Counted from the stretch's first letter, positions 55,566 to 64,000 are shown. The stretch is 64,000 nt of DNA from Candidatus Krumholzibacteriia bacterium (GCA_046484865.1 JAWOID010000063.1:41784-105783); one strand, 5' to 3'. A program made the numbers and translations. Notes: a model not told the origin generated them from the sequence alone.

Positions 55566-56825
55566 ATGAATCAGCAGACCGGTGCGCGAACGTCGCGAAC
55601 GTTGCGAACGTCGCGAACGTCGCGCTCGTCGCCGGGCGCGCAGCCGGGATCGTCCCCGGCGCCGGCGATCGAGGTGACGACGGATCGGCCGGGGCTCGAG
55701 CCGGGGGCTCTCGTCGCCGGAGCGAGTCGCCACTGGGAACTGTGGCTGCTGCGGTCGCTGCTGCCGGAGGCCGGCCCGGCCGACCTGGCGGAGATGCGGG
55801 CGCGGCGTCGTCGTTTCGCCGACCACGAGCGAGCCGCCCTGGCGCGGCTGCTGGCCGGTGACACCGCGCCGCTGCACCCCGGCCGCCGCTTCGTGGCCGG
55901 CCTGCCGGACCTGCTGCGGCGTGGCCTCGTCGTGACGATGCACGTCGGCCCGTACCAGTTCCTGCCGGAGCCATTCCTTACCGCCGGGGTGTCCCCTGGC
56001 ATCCTGCTGGACGAGGAGGCGGAGCGTCGGCTGCGACCGCGCGCCGAGTTCATGATCCGGCGTCTGTGCCTGCGCGCGCAGCCGGAGTGGATCGTAGCGA
56101 CGCAGCCGGCAGCCATCCGGCGCATGATGCGGGTGCTACGCGAGGAGCGGCCGTTGCTCGCCTTCCTCGACGGGAACGCCGGCCAGGGCGGCTTCGCGGC
56201 CACGCGCCGCGACGGCATGCCCTATCGTCTGCCGGGACGCGAGATCCGCATGCGCACGGGCCTGGCGCGACTCGTGTGTCGGCTGGAATGCCCGGTGCGC
56301 CCGGTGGTGGTGCGCTGGAGCGCCGAGGGGGCCGTGACCTGGACCGGCGACATCCGCCGCACGTACCGCCGCACCGACGATCCCCGTCAGGTCACCCGCG
56401 AACTTTGCGACTGGGGCTTCGGGGCGGTGCTCGCCGACCCCGCGCAGTGGGGCTACTGGGAGATGATCCGCGCCGCAGCCTCCTGCTTCGCGCCGGTGGC
56501 GCGGCCCGCGGCGGGCTTGCCGGGGGGATTGCATGCGGACTACGAGCGGGCGTTCGCCATCTGCCTGAAGCGCGCTCCGGACTGCGTGCGCGTGCTGCCG
56601 GCCCGCGAGGCCGAGGTGTGGAACGATTCGGTCCTCGTGGATCTGGAGGAGGACCGTTTCTACGCGTCGGAGGGACTCACCTCGGCGGCGCTGGTCAGCA
56701 TCCGGGACGAGCGGCCCACCCTCGCAGCGCTGGCCGAGCGATACGGCGAGGAATGGGTGAGGCGGCACGTGCTGCGCCTCTGCCTGCTGGGGCTCGCTCG
56801 ACTCGGAGGCGGGGCCGGTGGATGA
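55566..56825 (+). CDS. LPLAT (lipid A lauroyltransferase-like) acyltransferase with possible C-terminal RRE/PqqD-like domain
   Basis: GGGAGGG RBS; VVTMHVGPYQ (Hx4 motif), LAFLDGNAG, GLARL…CPVRPV and ADPAQW..W match the LpxL-like layout; extra C-terminal strand-strand-helix region. Confidence 0.7.
   Translation: MNQQTGARTSRTLRTSRTSRSSPGAQPGSSPAPAIEVTTDRPGLEPGALVAGASRHWELWLLRSLLPEAGPADLAEMRARRRRFADHERAALARLLAGDTAPLHPGRRFVAGLPDLLRRGLVVTMHVGPYQFLPEPFLTAGVSPGILLDEEAERRLRPRAEFMIRRLCLRAQPEWIVATQPAAIRRMMRVLREERPLLAFLDGNAGQGGFAATRRDGMPYRLPGREIRMRTGLARLVCRLECPVRPVVVRWSAEGAVTWTGDIRRTYRRTDDPRQVTRELCDWGFGAVLADPAQWGYWEMIRAAASCFAPVARPAAGLPGGLHADYERAFAICLKRAPDCVRVLPAREAEVWNDSVLVDLEEDRFYASEGLTSAALVSIRDERPTLAALAERYGEEWVRRHVLRLCLLGLARLGGGAGG
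55586..55621 (+). repeat. 9-bp tandem repeat x4 (GCGAACGTY) in the acyltransferase N-terminus
   Basis: Directly visible; encodes RTS/RTL units. Confidence 0.85.
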
Positions 56826-57981
56826 CCCGGTGGATCTGCCGGATGCCATGCGTCTGGTGCCGCACCCGCGTGGCGCCTGGCTGCTGCAGGCGCGCGGGCG
56901 GTGCTTCCTGGTCCCACCGGAGCTGGGAAGGAGCCTGGCCCGCGCGGCCGGGGGCGCCGCCCCCGCCACCACCGCCGCGCCCGCCATCTCCCCCGTCATC
57001 CCGTCTCCGGCCTCCCCTGACGACCCGCACCATGCCCGGCGGATCCTGGCCGCCGTCGAGGCCGCCGTCAGTGCCGCGCCGCGCCGCCGCCGCCGTACCG
57101 CCGGCCCCTGGCTGCGCGTGCCGCTCGTGCCGGCCGCGCTCGTGCAGCGCGTGTCGGCTCGGCTGGCGCCGCTGGCGGCCTGGCCCGCCCTCGCGGCTCA
57201 GACGGGAATGGGGGTCGCCGGTTACGTGCTGGGCACCGTCGTGCCGCTGGACGCCACCCTGCCGGCGGACGGCGGGGCGCCGTTGGCCGTCGCGACGCTG
57301 GTCTTCCTGATGCTGGCCCTGTGGCACGAGCTCGGTCATGCGGCGGCTTTGCGGCGCGAGGGCTACCCGCCCGGGCGCATCGGCGCGGGCTTGCTGCTGA
57401 TCGTACCGGTCCTCTACTGCGACGTGACCCCGGTGGCCGCCCTGCCGCGCTCCGGACGGCTGCGCGTGGACCTGGCCGGCGTGGCGTTCCAGCTCGCTGC
57501 GGGAGGCCTGGTCTGCCTGGCTGCGCGCGGCTTGCAGCTCGAGGCCCTGCGCTGGGCGGCGGCCGCGGCGCTGGCAGCCGTGGCCTGGAGCCTGCTGCCT
57601 TTCCTGCGGACCGACGGGCACTGGATCGTGGCCGACCTTCTGGACCACCACGCGCTCGACCGGCCCCTGAGCCCGGAGCGGACGGCCGGCGCCCGCCCGC
57701 CCGCGGCGCTGCGCCGCCGCGCGGGAGCCCTGGTGGCGTACCGCCTGCTCCATCTCGCGGTCGTCGGCGCCGTGCTCGGCGTCCTGCCCCTGCGCATCGC
57801 CCGGCACCTGCCGCTCGACGCGATCGCCGGGAAGCTGCCCGGCCGTCCGGACGTCGCCGTTCCGGTCCTGCGCGGCGTCCTCCTGCTGGCGGCTGCGCTC
57901 CTCGTCGGCCGGTATCTGCGGCGGGGCACACGTCTGATCAGGGCCGCCCTCAGCGATCTGCGTACCGCGCTCGGTCGCTGA
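56818..57981 (+). CDS. M50 family (site-2 protease-like) membrane zinc metalloprotease, peptide-processing type
   Basis: LWHELGH within a TM segment; GAGLLLIVPVLYCDV, RLRVDLAG and SLLPFLRTDG (NxxPxxxxDG equivalent); GTG start overlaps the acyltransferase stop. Confidence 0.8.
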   Translation: MDDPVDLPDAMRLVPHPRGAWLLQARGRCFLVPPELGRSLARAAGGAAPATTAAPAISPVIPSPASPDDPHHARRILAAVEAAVSAAPRRRRRTAGPWLRVPLVPAALVQRVSARLAPLAAWPALAAQTGMGVAGYVLGTVVPLDATLPADGGAPLAVATLVFLMLALWHELGHAAALRREGYPPGRIGAGLLLIVPVLYCDVTPVAALPRSGRLRVDLAGVAFQLAAGGLVCLAARGLQLEALRWAAAAALAAVAWSLLPFLRTDGHWIVADLLDHHALDRPLSPERTAGARPPAALRRRAGALVAYRLLHLAVVGAVLGVLPLRIARHLPLDAIAGKLPGRPDVAVPVLRGVLLLAAALLVGRYLRRGTRLIRAALSDLRTALGR

Positions 57982-58056
57982 GGCCGGGCGGGCGCCGGTC
58001 TCCGGGACGGCCGCCTGCGCTGCCGGGGAGTGGCCGGCCGGCGGGGCCCCGTCCAC

Positions 58057-58950
58057 TCACGGCGTCGCGGGCGCCTGTCCGAGCAGCGCGAGTGCCTCGT
58101 CGTGCACGAGGCCGTTGCTCGACACCAGGCTGCCTGCCTGCAGGGAGCGCTCTCCCGTCAGAGCAGTGACGCGGCCGCCAGCCTCCTCGACGATCACCAC
58201 CAGCGGCGCCACGTCCCACGGCTTGACGATGGGATCCAGCGCCAGTTCGCCGCAGCCCTCGGCCACCAGCAGGTGCTGATAGAAGTCGCCGAATCCACGC
58301 GTCCTGCGTCCGCGCCGGTAGAGCGCGGCCCACTCGGGCGGGAGGAAGGTGCCGGCCGCATCGCGCAGATCGGCGTGGAAGAGCTGAGCGTCCTCGAGCT
58401 TCGCCACCGACGAGACCTGCAATCGACGGTCGCCGCGGTAGGCGCCATGGCCGCGGGCGGCTTGCCAGCGGACGCCCAGCGCCGGGGCCGAGACGAGCCC
58501 GGCCGTCACCTCGCCGTCCTCCTCGATCGCCAGCAGGGTGGCGAAGATGGGGATGCCGCGGATGAAGTTGGCGGTGCCGTCGATGGGATCGATGATCAGG
58601 CGGGCGGCGGTGGGGCCCGGTTCGTCGCCGGCCTCCTCGCCGAGCACGCCCAGCTCGGGATGACGCAGTCTCACGATGGTGCGGGCTGCAGCCTCGATGG
58701 CCTCGTCCGCCTCGGTCACGGGGCTCGCGTCGGGCTTGGTGGCGACGCGCAGATCGCGGGCGCGAAAATGGCGCAGGGCGATGGAGTCCGCCTGGTCGGC
58801 GATGCCGTCCAGGAACGGCAGCCAGCGCTCGGCCGGCGATTCGGTCGTCGCCTGATCGGCGACGCCCTGTCTCAGAGGGGGGGCGTCGGCGGCATGGCCG
58901 GAGCCAGGATCCGAAGCGTGGTCCGGAGCATGATCGGTGGGGGCGGGCAT
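58057..58950 (-). CDS. hisN: Histidinol-phosphatase / inositol monophosphatase family
   Basis: KPDASPVTEAD, GEE, IIDPIDGTANF, RGFGDFY and WDVAP motifs. Confidence 0.8.
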   Translation of the reverse strand: MPAPTDHAPDHASDPGSGHAADAPPLRQGVADQATTESPAERWLPFLDGIADQADSIALRHFRARDLRVATKPDASPVTEADEAIEAAARTIVRLRHPELGVLGEEAGDEPGPTAARLIIDPIDGTANFIRGIPIFATLLAIEEDGEVTAGLVSAPALGVRWQAARGHGAYRGDRRLQVSSVAKLEDAQLFHADLRDAAGTFLPPEWAALYRRGRRTRGFGDFYQHLLVAEGCGELALDPIVKPWDVAPLVVIVEEAGGRVTALTGERSLQAGSLVSSNGLVHDEALALLGQAPATP

Positions 58951-59177
58951 GGTGGAATCCTTTCCTCGCCGGAGGCCGTCAGCCAGGGAGGCCCGGGCCG
59001 CCGATCGCGGTGGCGGCCGGAACGCCGGGTCTCCATCCGGGGTACTTCCGGAGTCTACAGCATGGCGGGCCTCGTGACGAGCCGGGCCCGGAGCTCTTCT
59101 TGTGGTGCCCGCGGGCGGCGGGTATCGTCACGCAGGGTTCCTTGCCCCGCGGCGCGAGCGGCGCCGAAGGAGTGCCG

Positions 59178-59519
59178 ATGGCCAGCGAACACGACGCGAA
59201 CGAGAGGCATCCCTTCGCCGGCGAGCCGCAGGAGCTGCCGATCGACGGCTGCCTCGATCTGCACCAGTTCTCGCCTCGCGACGTGAAGGACCTGGTCCCC
59301 GATTACCTGGAGGCCTGCCTCGAGCGCGGTATCCTCGACGTGCGCATCGTTCACGGCAAGGGGATCGGCGTGCTGCGGACCATCGTGCAGGGCATCCTCG
59401 AGCGGCATCCCGCCGTGGAGTGGTTCGGGCACCGTCCGGACGCCGGCTCCTGGGGCGCCACGCTGGTTCGACTGCGGCCGGAGGCCGACGATACGCCGCC
59501 CGCGCCAGGAGAACGGTGA
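59178..59519 (+). CDS. Stand-alone Smr domain protein 1
   Basis: LDLHQF, VRIVHGKGIGVLR and WGAT motifs; AAGGAG RBS. Confidence 0.9.
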   Translation: MASEHDANERHPFAGEPQELPIDGCLDLHQFSPRDVKDLVPDYLEACLERGILDVRIVHGKGIGVLRTIVQGILERHPAVEWFGHRPDAGSWGATLVRLRPEADDTPPAPGER

Positions 59520-59902
59520 TGGGGCGGAAGAGTCGCCAGCCCGGCAAGAGCGGCGTCAAGCGGGGCAAGCTCCGCTCCATCCGGTACGAGGCCGAGACCA
59601 CCGGCCCGCTCGACCGCCCGGCCCGCGCCGCCGATGCCCCGCCGGCCATCCACCTGCGTCAACTCACGCGCGACGAGGCGCTGCAACGGCTCGGGCACCA
59701 GCTCGGCGGCTACCGTGCGCGAGGCATCCGCGAGGTCCTGGTCGTGCACGGGCGCGGGCACAACTCCCCGGGGGGAGTGCCGGTGCTCGGCCCGGCCGTG
59801 CGCGAGTGGTGCGGGGCCCACCCGGACCTGGTGGGCTCGTGGCGCGAGGCGCCCCCGCGCTGGGGCGGCCCGGGTGCCATCGTGGTGGTCTTGCGGGGCT
59901 GA
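59519..59902 (+). CDS. Stand-alone Smr domain protein 2 (degenerate DLH motif)
   Basis: IHLRQLTRDEA, VLVVHGRG and GGPGAIVV; TGATG coupling to the upstream Smr gene. Confidence 0.8.
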   Translation: MGRKSRQPGKSGVKRGKLRSIRYEAETTGPLDRPARAADAPPAIHLRQLTRDEALQRLGHQLGGYRARGIREVLVVHGRGHNSPGGVPVLGPAVREWCGAHPDLVGSWREAPPRWGGPGAIVVVLRG

Positions 59903-60037
59903 TGCCCGAGAGTCGGCGGCAAAACCGCCGCTCCGCCCGCCCGGCTCGCCCGGCTCGCCCGGCGCGCGGAACACTGGCGTCGCGCCCCCCGGCCGGGCTA
60001 CACTGGCCGGGCGAACGGGAGCAGGGAGGTTTCGCCG

Positions 60038-60790
60038 ATGACGGCCGGGCACGCAGCGGGGCTCGACGATCGCGTGGCGCTGGTCACCGGCGGCGCGCGC
60101 CGCGTGGGCCGTCGACTCGTGCTCGATTTGGCGCGGGCCGGCGCCGCGGTGGCCCTGCACTACAACACCTCCTCCGAAGAGGCCGAACGCACCGCCGCGG
60201 AGGCTCGCGAGCAGGGCGCCAGGCAGGTCGTCCTCGTGCGCGGCGACCTGTCCCATGCCGCCACGGCCGAGCAGGTGATCGCCGAGAGCGCCGCTGCGCT
60301 GGGGCCGGTGGACGTGCTGGTGAACAACGCGTCCATCTTCGAGCCGGGCGACGTCCTCGCCACCGGTGCGGACGCGTGGGACCGCCACCACGCGGTGAAC
60401 CTGCGGGCCCCCTTCCTGCTGGCCCGCGCCATGGCCCGCGCATTGCCGGAGGACCGCGCGGGGGCGATCGTCAACCTGAACGACTGGCGCGCCCTGCGTC
60501 CCGGCGCCGATCACTTCGCCTACACCGTCAGCAAGGTCGGACTGGGCGGCCTCACGCGGGCGCTGGCCGTGTCCCTCGCCCCCCGCGTCCGGGTGAACGA
60601 GCTGGCGCTGGGCGCCGTGCTGGCGCCCGAAGGCGCCTCGGAGGATTACGTGCACACGCTCCGGCGCGAGATCCCGCTGCGTCGCTTCGGCGCGCTGGAG
60701 TCGGTCGGCGAGGCGCTGCTGTACCTGCTGCGCGCCCGTGACGTCACCGGACAGACGCTGCTGGTCGACGGCGGGCGGCACCTGGTGTGA
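60038..60790 (+). CDS. SDR oxidoreductase, pteridine reductase/FolM-like
   Basis: TGGARRVG, HYNTS, VNNASIF and YTVSK motifs; upstream of folB-folK. Confidence 0.85.
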   Translation: MTAGHAAGLDDRVALVTGGARRVGRRLVLDLARAGAAVALHYNTSSEEAERTAAEAREQGARQVVLVRGDLSHAATAEQVIAESAAALGPVDVLVNNASIFEPGDVLATGADAWDRHHAVNLRAPFLLARAMARALPEDRAGAIVNLNDWRALRPGADHFAYTVSKVGLGGLTRALAVSLAPRVRVNELALGAVLAPEGASEDYVHTLRREIPLRRFGALESVGEALLYLLRARDVTGQTLLVDGGRHLV

Positions 60791-60806
60791 ACGGCGAGGA
60801 GGATCC

Positions 60807-61190
60807 ATGGCCGAGCAGCCGATCCGTGACCGCATCGTCATCGCCGACCTGCTGCTGCGCGGGATCGTCGGCATCAAGGACGAGGAGCGCGAGAAGCCCC
60901 AGGACATCCTGGTGAACCTCGAACTGGTCTGCGATCTGCGTGCGGTGAGCGAGAGCGACCGCGTCGACGACGGCGTGAACTACCGCACCGTGGCCAAGCA
61001 GGTGATCGCGCTGGTGGAGTCGTCGTCCTTCTACACGGTGGAGCGCATGGCCACGGAGATCGCGCGGCTCATTCTCGGCGGCTTCGCCGTGGCGGAGGTC
61101 ACGGTGAGCGTCGACAAGCCTGGAGCACTGCGGTTCGCGCGCTCGGTGGGGGTGCGGATCACGCGCAACCGGGGAGATCTGGTCTCGTGA
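60807..61190 (+). CDS. folB: Dihydroneopterin aldolase
   Basis: DRIVI.DL..RGIVG…EER..PQ, VNYRTV and KPGALRFARSVGV motifs. Confidence 0.9.
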   Translation: MAEQPIRDRIVIADLLLRGIVGIKDEEREKPQDILVNLELVCDLRAVSESDRVDDGVNYRTVAKQVIALVESSSFYTVERMATEIARLILGGFAVAEVTVSVDKPGALRFARSVGVRITRNRGDLVS

Positions 61191-61723
61191 CACCCCGAGT
61201 CGCCAGCCGCCCGACGCTCGCGCGCGTCCTGCTCAGCCTCGGTTCCAACCGTGCGCCGGAGGAGAACCTGCCGCGGGCGGTGCGCGCCCTGGCCGATCAC
61301 GGGCGAGTGCTGTCGGTGTCCGCCGCCTACGAGACGCAGCCCGTGGACACCGCCGATCCGGCGCCCTTCCTCAACGCCGCCGTGCTGCTGGAGACCGGCG
61401 AGACCCCGGAGCGGCTCAAGGGCGAGATCATTCCCGCCATCGAGGCGCGCCTGGGCCGCCGCCGCGATCCGGGCGACCGCAACGCTCCGCGGACCATCGA
61501 CATCGACATCGCGCTCTGGAACGACCACGTCGGCAGGATCCTCGAGCGACCGGTGCCTGACCCGGACGTCCTGAGCCACCTGCACGTGGCGTGGCCGCTG
61601 TCCGAGATCGCCCCCGATCTGCGCCACCCGGTCGACGGCCGGACGCTGGCGGCCATCGCCGGGGCGCTGGTGCACGAGGGCGCTTTGCCCATCCTGCGCC
61701 ACGATGTTATCCTGCGCGCCTGA
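61187..61723 (+). CDS. folK: 2-amino-4-hydroxy-6-hydroxymethyldihydropteridine diphosphokinase
   Basis: LSLGSN, YETQP, FLNAAV, IEARLGR and PRTIDIDI motifs. Confidence 0.92.
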   Translation: MTPRVASRPTLARVLLSLGSNRAPEENLPRAVRALADHGRVLSVSAAYETQPVDTADPAPFLNAAVLLETGETPERLKGEIIPAIEARLGRRRDPGDRNAPRTIDIDIALWNDHVGRILERPVPDPDVLSHLHVAWPLSEIAPDLRHPVDGRTLAAIAGALVHEGALPILRHDVILRA

Positions 61724-61815
61724 TCGCGCCGGCCGCCGTCCGCGACCTTGGTCCGGTATCACGGACGCCATGGCCACCGTCGTCCGACCCCCGACCCTGC
61801 CCCTGGAGGTCATCC

Positions 61816-62247
61816 GTGCCCCGGCTCCGCAAGAAGCTCATCGTGGTGGGCGACCGCATCCTCGTCCGGCCCGAGGAGGGGGAGGAGCGCACCGGCGGCG
61901 GCCTCTACCTGCCGCAAACGGCCATCAGCGCGCGGCAGGCCGGCGGCGGCTGGGTCGTGACGGTGGGCCCGGGCTTGCCGGTCGCCGAGCCTGCCGATCT
62001 CGAGGACGACGACTGGCACGACAGTGCCCGTCCCATGCGCTACCTGCCGCTGCAGGCGCAGGAGGGCGACTACTGCCTGTTCCTGAAGAAGGCGGCCGTC
62101 GAGATCACGTTCGAGAAGAAGAACTACCTCATCGTTCCGAATGCCGCGGTTCTGGTGCTCGTACGCGAGGACTTCGAGACGGGCCAGGACGCCTGGGAAC
62201 TGGCCGACGAGTCAGGCGAATCCGAGGACGCCGGCCCGAGGGAGTAG
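61816..62247 (+). CDS. GroES-family co-chaperonin (atypical, no adjacent groEL)
   Basis: VGDRILVRP…ERTGGGLYLP…VGPG…GD…; GGAGGT RBS before GTG. Confidence 0.85.
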   Translation: MPRLRKKLIVVGDRILVRPEEGEERTGGGLYLPQTAISARQAGGGWVVTVGPGLPVAEPADLEDDDWHDSARPMRYLPLQAQEGDYCLFLKKAAVEITFEKKNYLIVPNAAVLVLVREDFETGQDAWELADESGESEDAGPRE

Positions 62248-62366
62248 CCGGGCACGACGTCCTGCTCATCGCCGTCGACATCCTGCGGTGCCGGCGGTGA
62301 ACCTACCGGTCCTGCGCGCGGACCGCCCGGGTCGACACGGCCATGCCCGCCCGAGCGCGAGCCCGG

Positions 62367-64000
62367 CTACCTCCGATCGTCCGCGGCCGCGGACGCCTCC
62401 TCCGGCGCGCGATCCGGGTCCGGGTACAGCGAACGCCACCACTGCGGGCGGTCCTTCAGGTACCGGGCGAAGTACGCCAGGATGGTGTCATTCCACACCA
62501 CCCGCTGATCGTGATCCAGGATGTGGTGGTCCTGTCCCGCCACCTGGACGTACTCCACCTCGCGCCCGAGCAGCTTCAGGGCGGTGAAGAGCTGATCGCT
62601 CTCGCCGACCGGGACGTTGGTGTCGCCGGTGCCGTGCAGCAGCAGCAGGGGCGTTTGGATGCGATCGGCCAGGAACAGGGGGCTCTGCTGCACGTACAGG
62701 TCGCGCTCACGCCAGGGGAAGGCGTCCGCCAGTGCGCGCGCGCCGTACACGTAACCCCACAGGCCCTCGCCCCAGTAGCTCGAGATGCTCGAGATGCCCG
62801 CGTGGCTGACGGCAGCGGCGAACTGGTCGGTCTGGGTCACGATGTACTGCGTCAGGAAGCCGCCGTAGGAGGCGCCGATGCAGGCCATGCGACCCGCGTC
62901 GGCGAACGGGTGGGCGGCCAGGAAGGCGCGGGTGCCCTCGATGACTTCCCACGCCGTGCGCTTGCCCCAGTCGTTCACGTGACGCGCCGCGAACTCCTGG
63001 CCGTAGCCGATCGCCCCGCTGGGCTGGGGGACGTACACCAGGTAACCCTGGCCCGCCCACACCTCCTTGGGATACCGGCCGCCGTAGTCGCGCTCCACGG
63101 GCGAGGTGCCGCCGTAGTAGTAGACGATCACGGGGTAGCGCCGCTGCGGGTCGAAATCGCGGGGATAGTAGACGCGGCCGTCGAGCACCTCGCCGTCGGG
63201 CAGCGTGGCGGTCCAGTCCTCGACCGCGCCGAAGCTCACGTGCTCGTAGTGGTGTGCCGCGGGGTCGAGCAGGGTGCGCGGACGGCCCGCCGGCAAGTCC
63301 AGCACCTGCAGGCGCGGGGGGATGGACGCGCCGCTGCCCCAGGCCAGGGCCCGCGGCGCATCGGCGGCCAGGTCGATCGCCCTGGTCACCTCGAGAGCCG
63401 TCGGCACCCGGCGCCACGGCATCGCACCCTCGGCCGGTAGCCGGGCCACGTCGAGCACGTAGAGATTCTGCTCCTGGCGATCCGCGGTCACCACGTAGAT
63501 GCGCCGGTCCGCCGACGACCAGTGCAGAGACGTCACGGCCGGATCGAACTCGCGGGTCAACGCCCGGGCCTGTCCGGTGGCACGATCGTAGAGGTATACC
63601 TGACCGCCATAATCGTTGGCCGGCATGCCGGCGGGCAGGTTGCGGCCGAGCCCGTCGAAGGCGGACGGCGACCCGGTGAGCGCCAGCAGATCGCCGCCGC
63701 GAGGGTCGTAGGCGGCGCCGCCGATCCAGCGCTCGGACAGCAGTCGCCGGGCCTCCAGGCTGGCGAGGTCCAGCTCCCACAGCTCGCTGCTGAAGAAGGG
63801 GCGTTCGGTCAGGTCCTGCTCGGAGGCGAGGAACAGCAGGCGTTCGCCGTCGGGCGAGATGCTCCAGTCGTCCGGCCGCACCGGACCGGCGGTGAGCCGG
63901 CGGGTGACGCCGTCGGGGACGCTGACCTGCACCAGGTGCTTGCGGTCGCCCCACCAGCCCTGGCGGCCGGCGGGCTCGCGAACGAGCTTCACCCGGCGCG
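62367..64000 (-). CDS. S9 family prolyl oligopeptidase/acylaminoacyl peptidase (3' part; starts beyond window)
   Basis: GASYGG nucleophile elbow, HGTGDTNV Asp and DHHI His; propeller N-terminal region. Confidence 0.92.
   Translation of the reverse strand, partial: RRVKLVREPAGRQGWWGDRKHLVQVSVPDGVTRRLTAGPVRPDDWSISPDGERLLFLASEQDLTERPFFSSELWELDLASLEARRLLSERWIGGAAYDPRGGDLLALTGSPSAFDGLGRNLPAGMPANDYGGQVYLYDRATGQARALTREFDPAVTSLHWSSADRRIYVVTADRQEQNLYVLDVARLPAEGAMPWRRVPTALEVTRAIDLAADAPRALAWGSGASIPPRLQVLDLPAGRPRTLLDPAAHHYEHVSFGAVEDWTATLPDGEVLDGRVYYPRDFDPQRRYPVIVYYYGGTSPVERDYGGRYPKEVWAGQGYLVYVPQPSGAIGYGQEFAARHVNDWGKRTAWEVIEGTRAFLAAHPFADAGRMACIGASYGGFLTQYIVTQTDQFAAAVSHAGISSISSYWGEGLWGYVYGARALADAFPWRERDLYVQQSPLFLADRIQTPLLLLHGTGDTNVPVGESDQLFTALKLLGREVEYVQVAGQDHHILDHDQRVVWNDTILAYFARYLKDRPQWWRSLYPDPDRAPEEASAAADDRR

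Overview
A GC-rich, gene-dense bacterial chromosome segment with about 50 protein-coding genes. I see no rRNA, tRNA, CRISPR array or mobile element. A secreted protein with an FlgD/T9SS-like C-terminal domain and a Ser/Thr kinase-TPR protein suggest an FCB-superphylum-type organism (inference only). Main blocks: (i) 0.3-19 kb, mixed stress, secreted and signalling genes (OsmC-like, cytochrome c'-like, peroxiredoxin-like, stand-alone LigD phosphoesterase, secreted transglutaminase, kinase, peptidases); (ii) 19.7-43.4 kb, a two-armed molybdoenzyme/purine-pyrimidine catabolic region resembling the enteric ygeW-ygeY-hyuA-ssnA-xdh cluster, but with PreT/PreA and two PLP enzymes where ygfK and ygeX would be expected; (iii) 45.7-50.8 kb, a nitric-oxide module (qNor, Rrf2 regulator, DUF438/hemerythrin-PAS, DUF1858/DUF2249); (iv) 55.2-58.0 kb, the most novel-looking element: a 60-aa Cys-containing precursor-like peptide, an LPLAT-type acyltransferase with a possible C-terminal RRE/PqqD-like domain and an M50-family membrane metalloprotease, together a candidate lipidated RiPP or signalling-peptide system; (v) 58-64 kb, HisN-like phosphatase, tandem Smr proteins, pteridine reductase-folB-folK, an orphan GroES-like protein and an S9 peptidase. 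All family calls come from motif recognition by eye; no database search was run.
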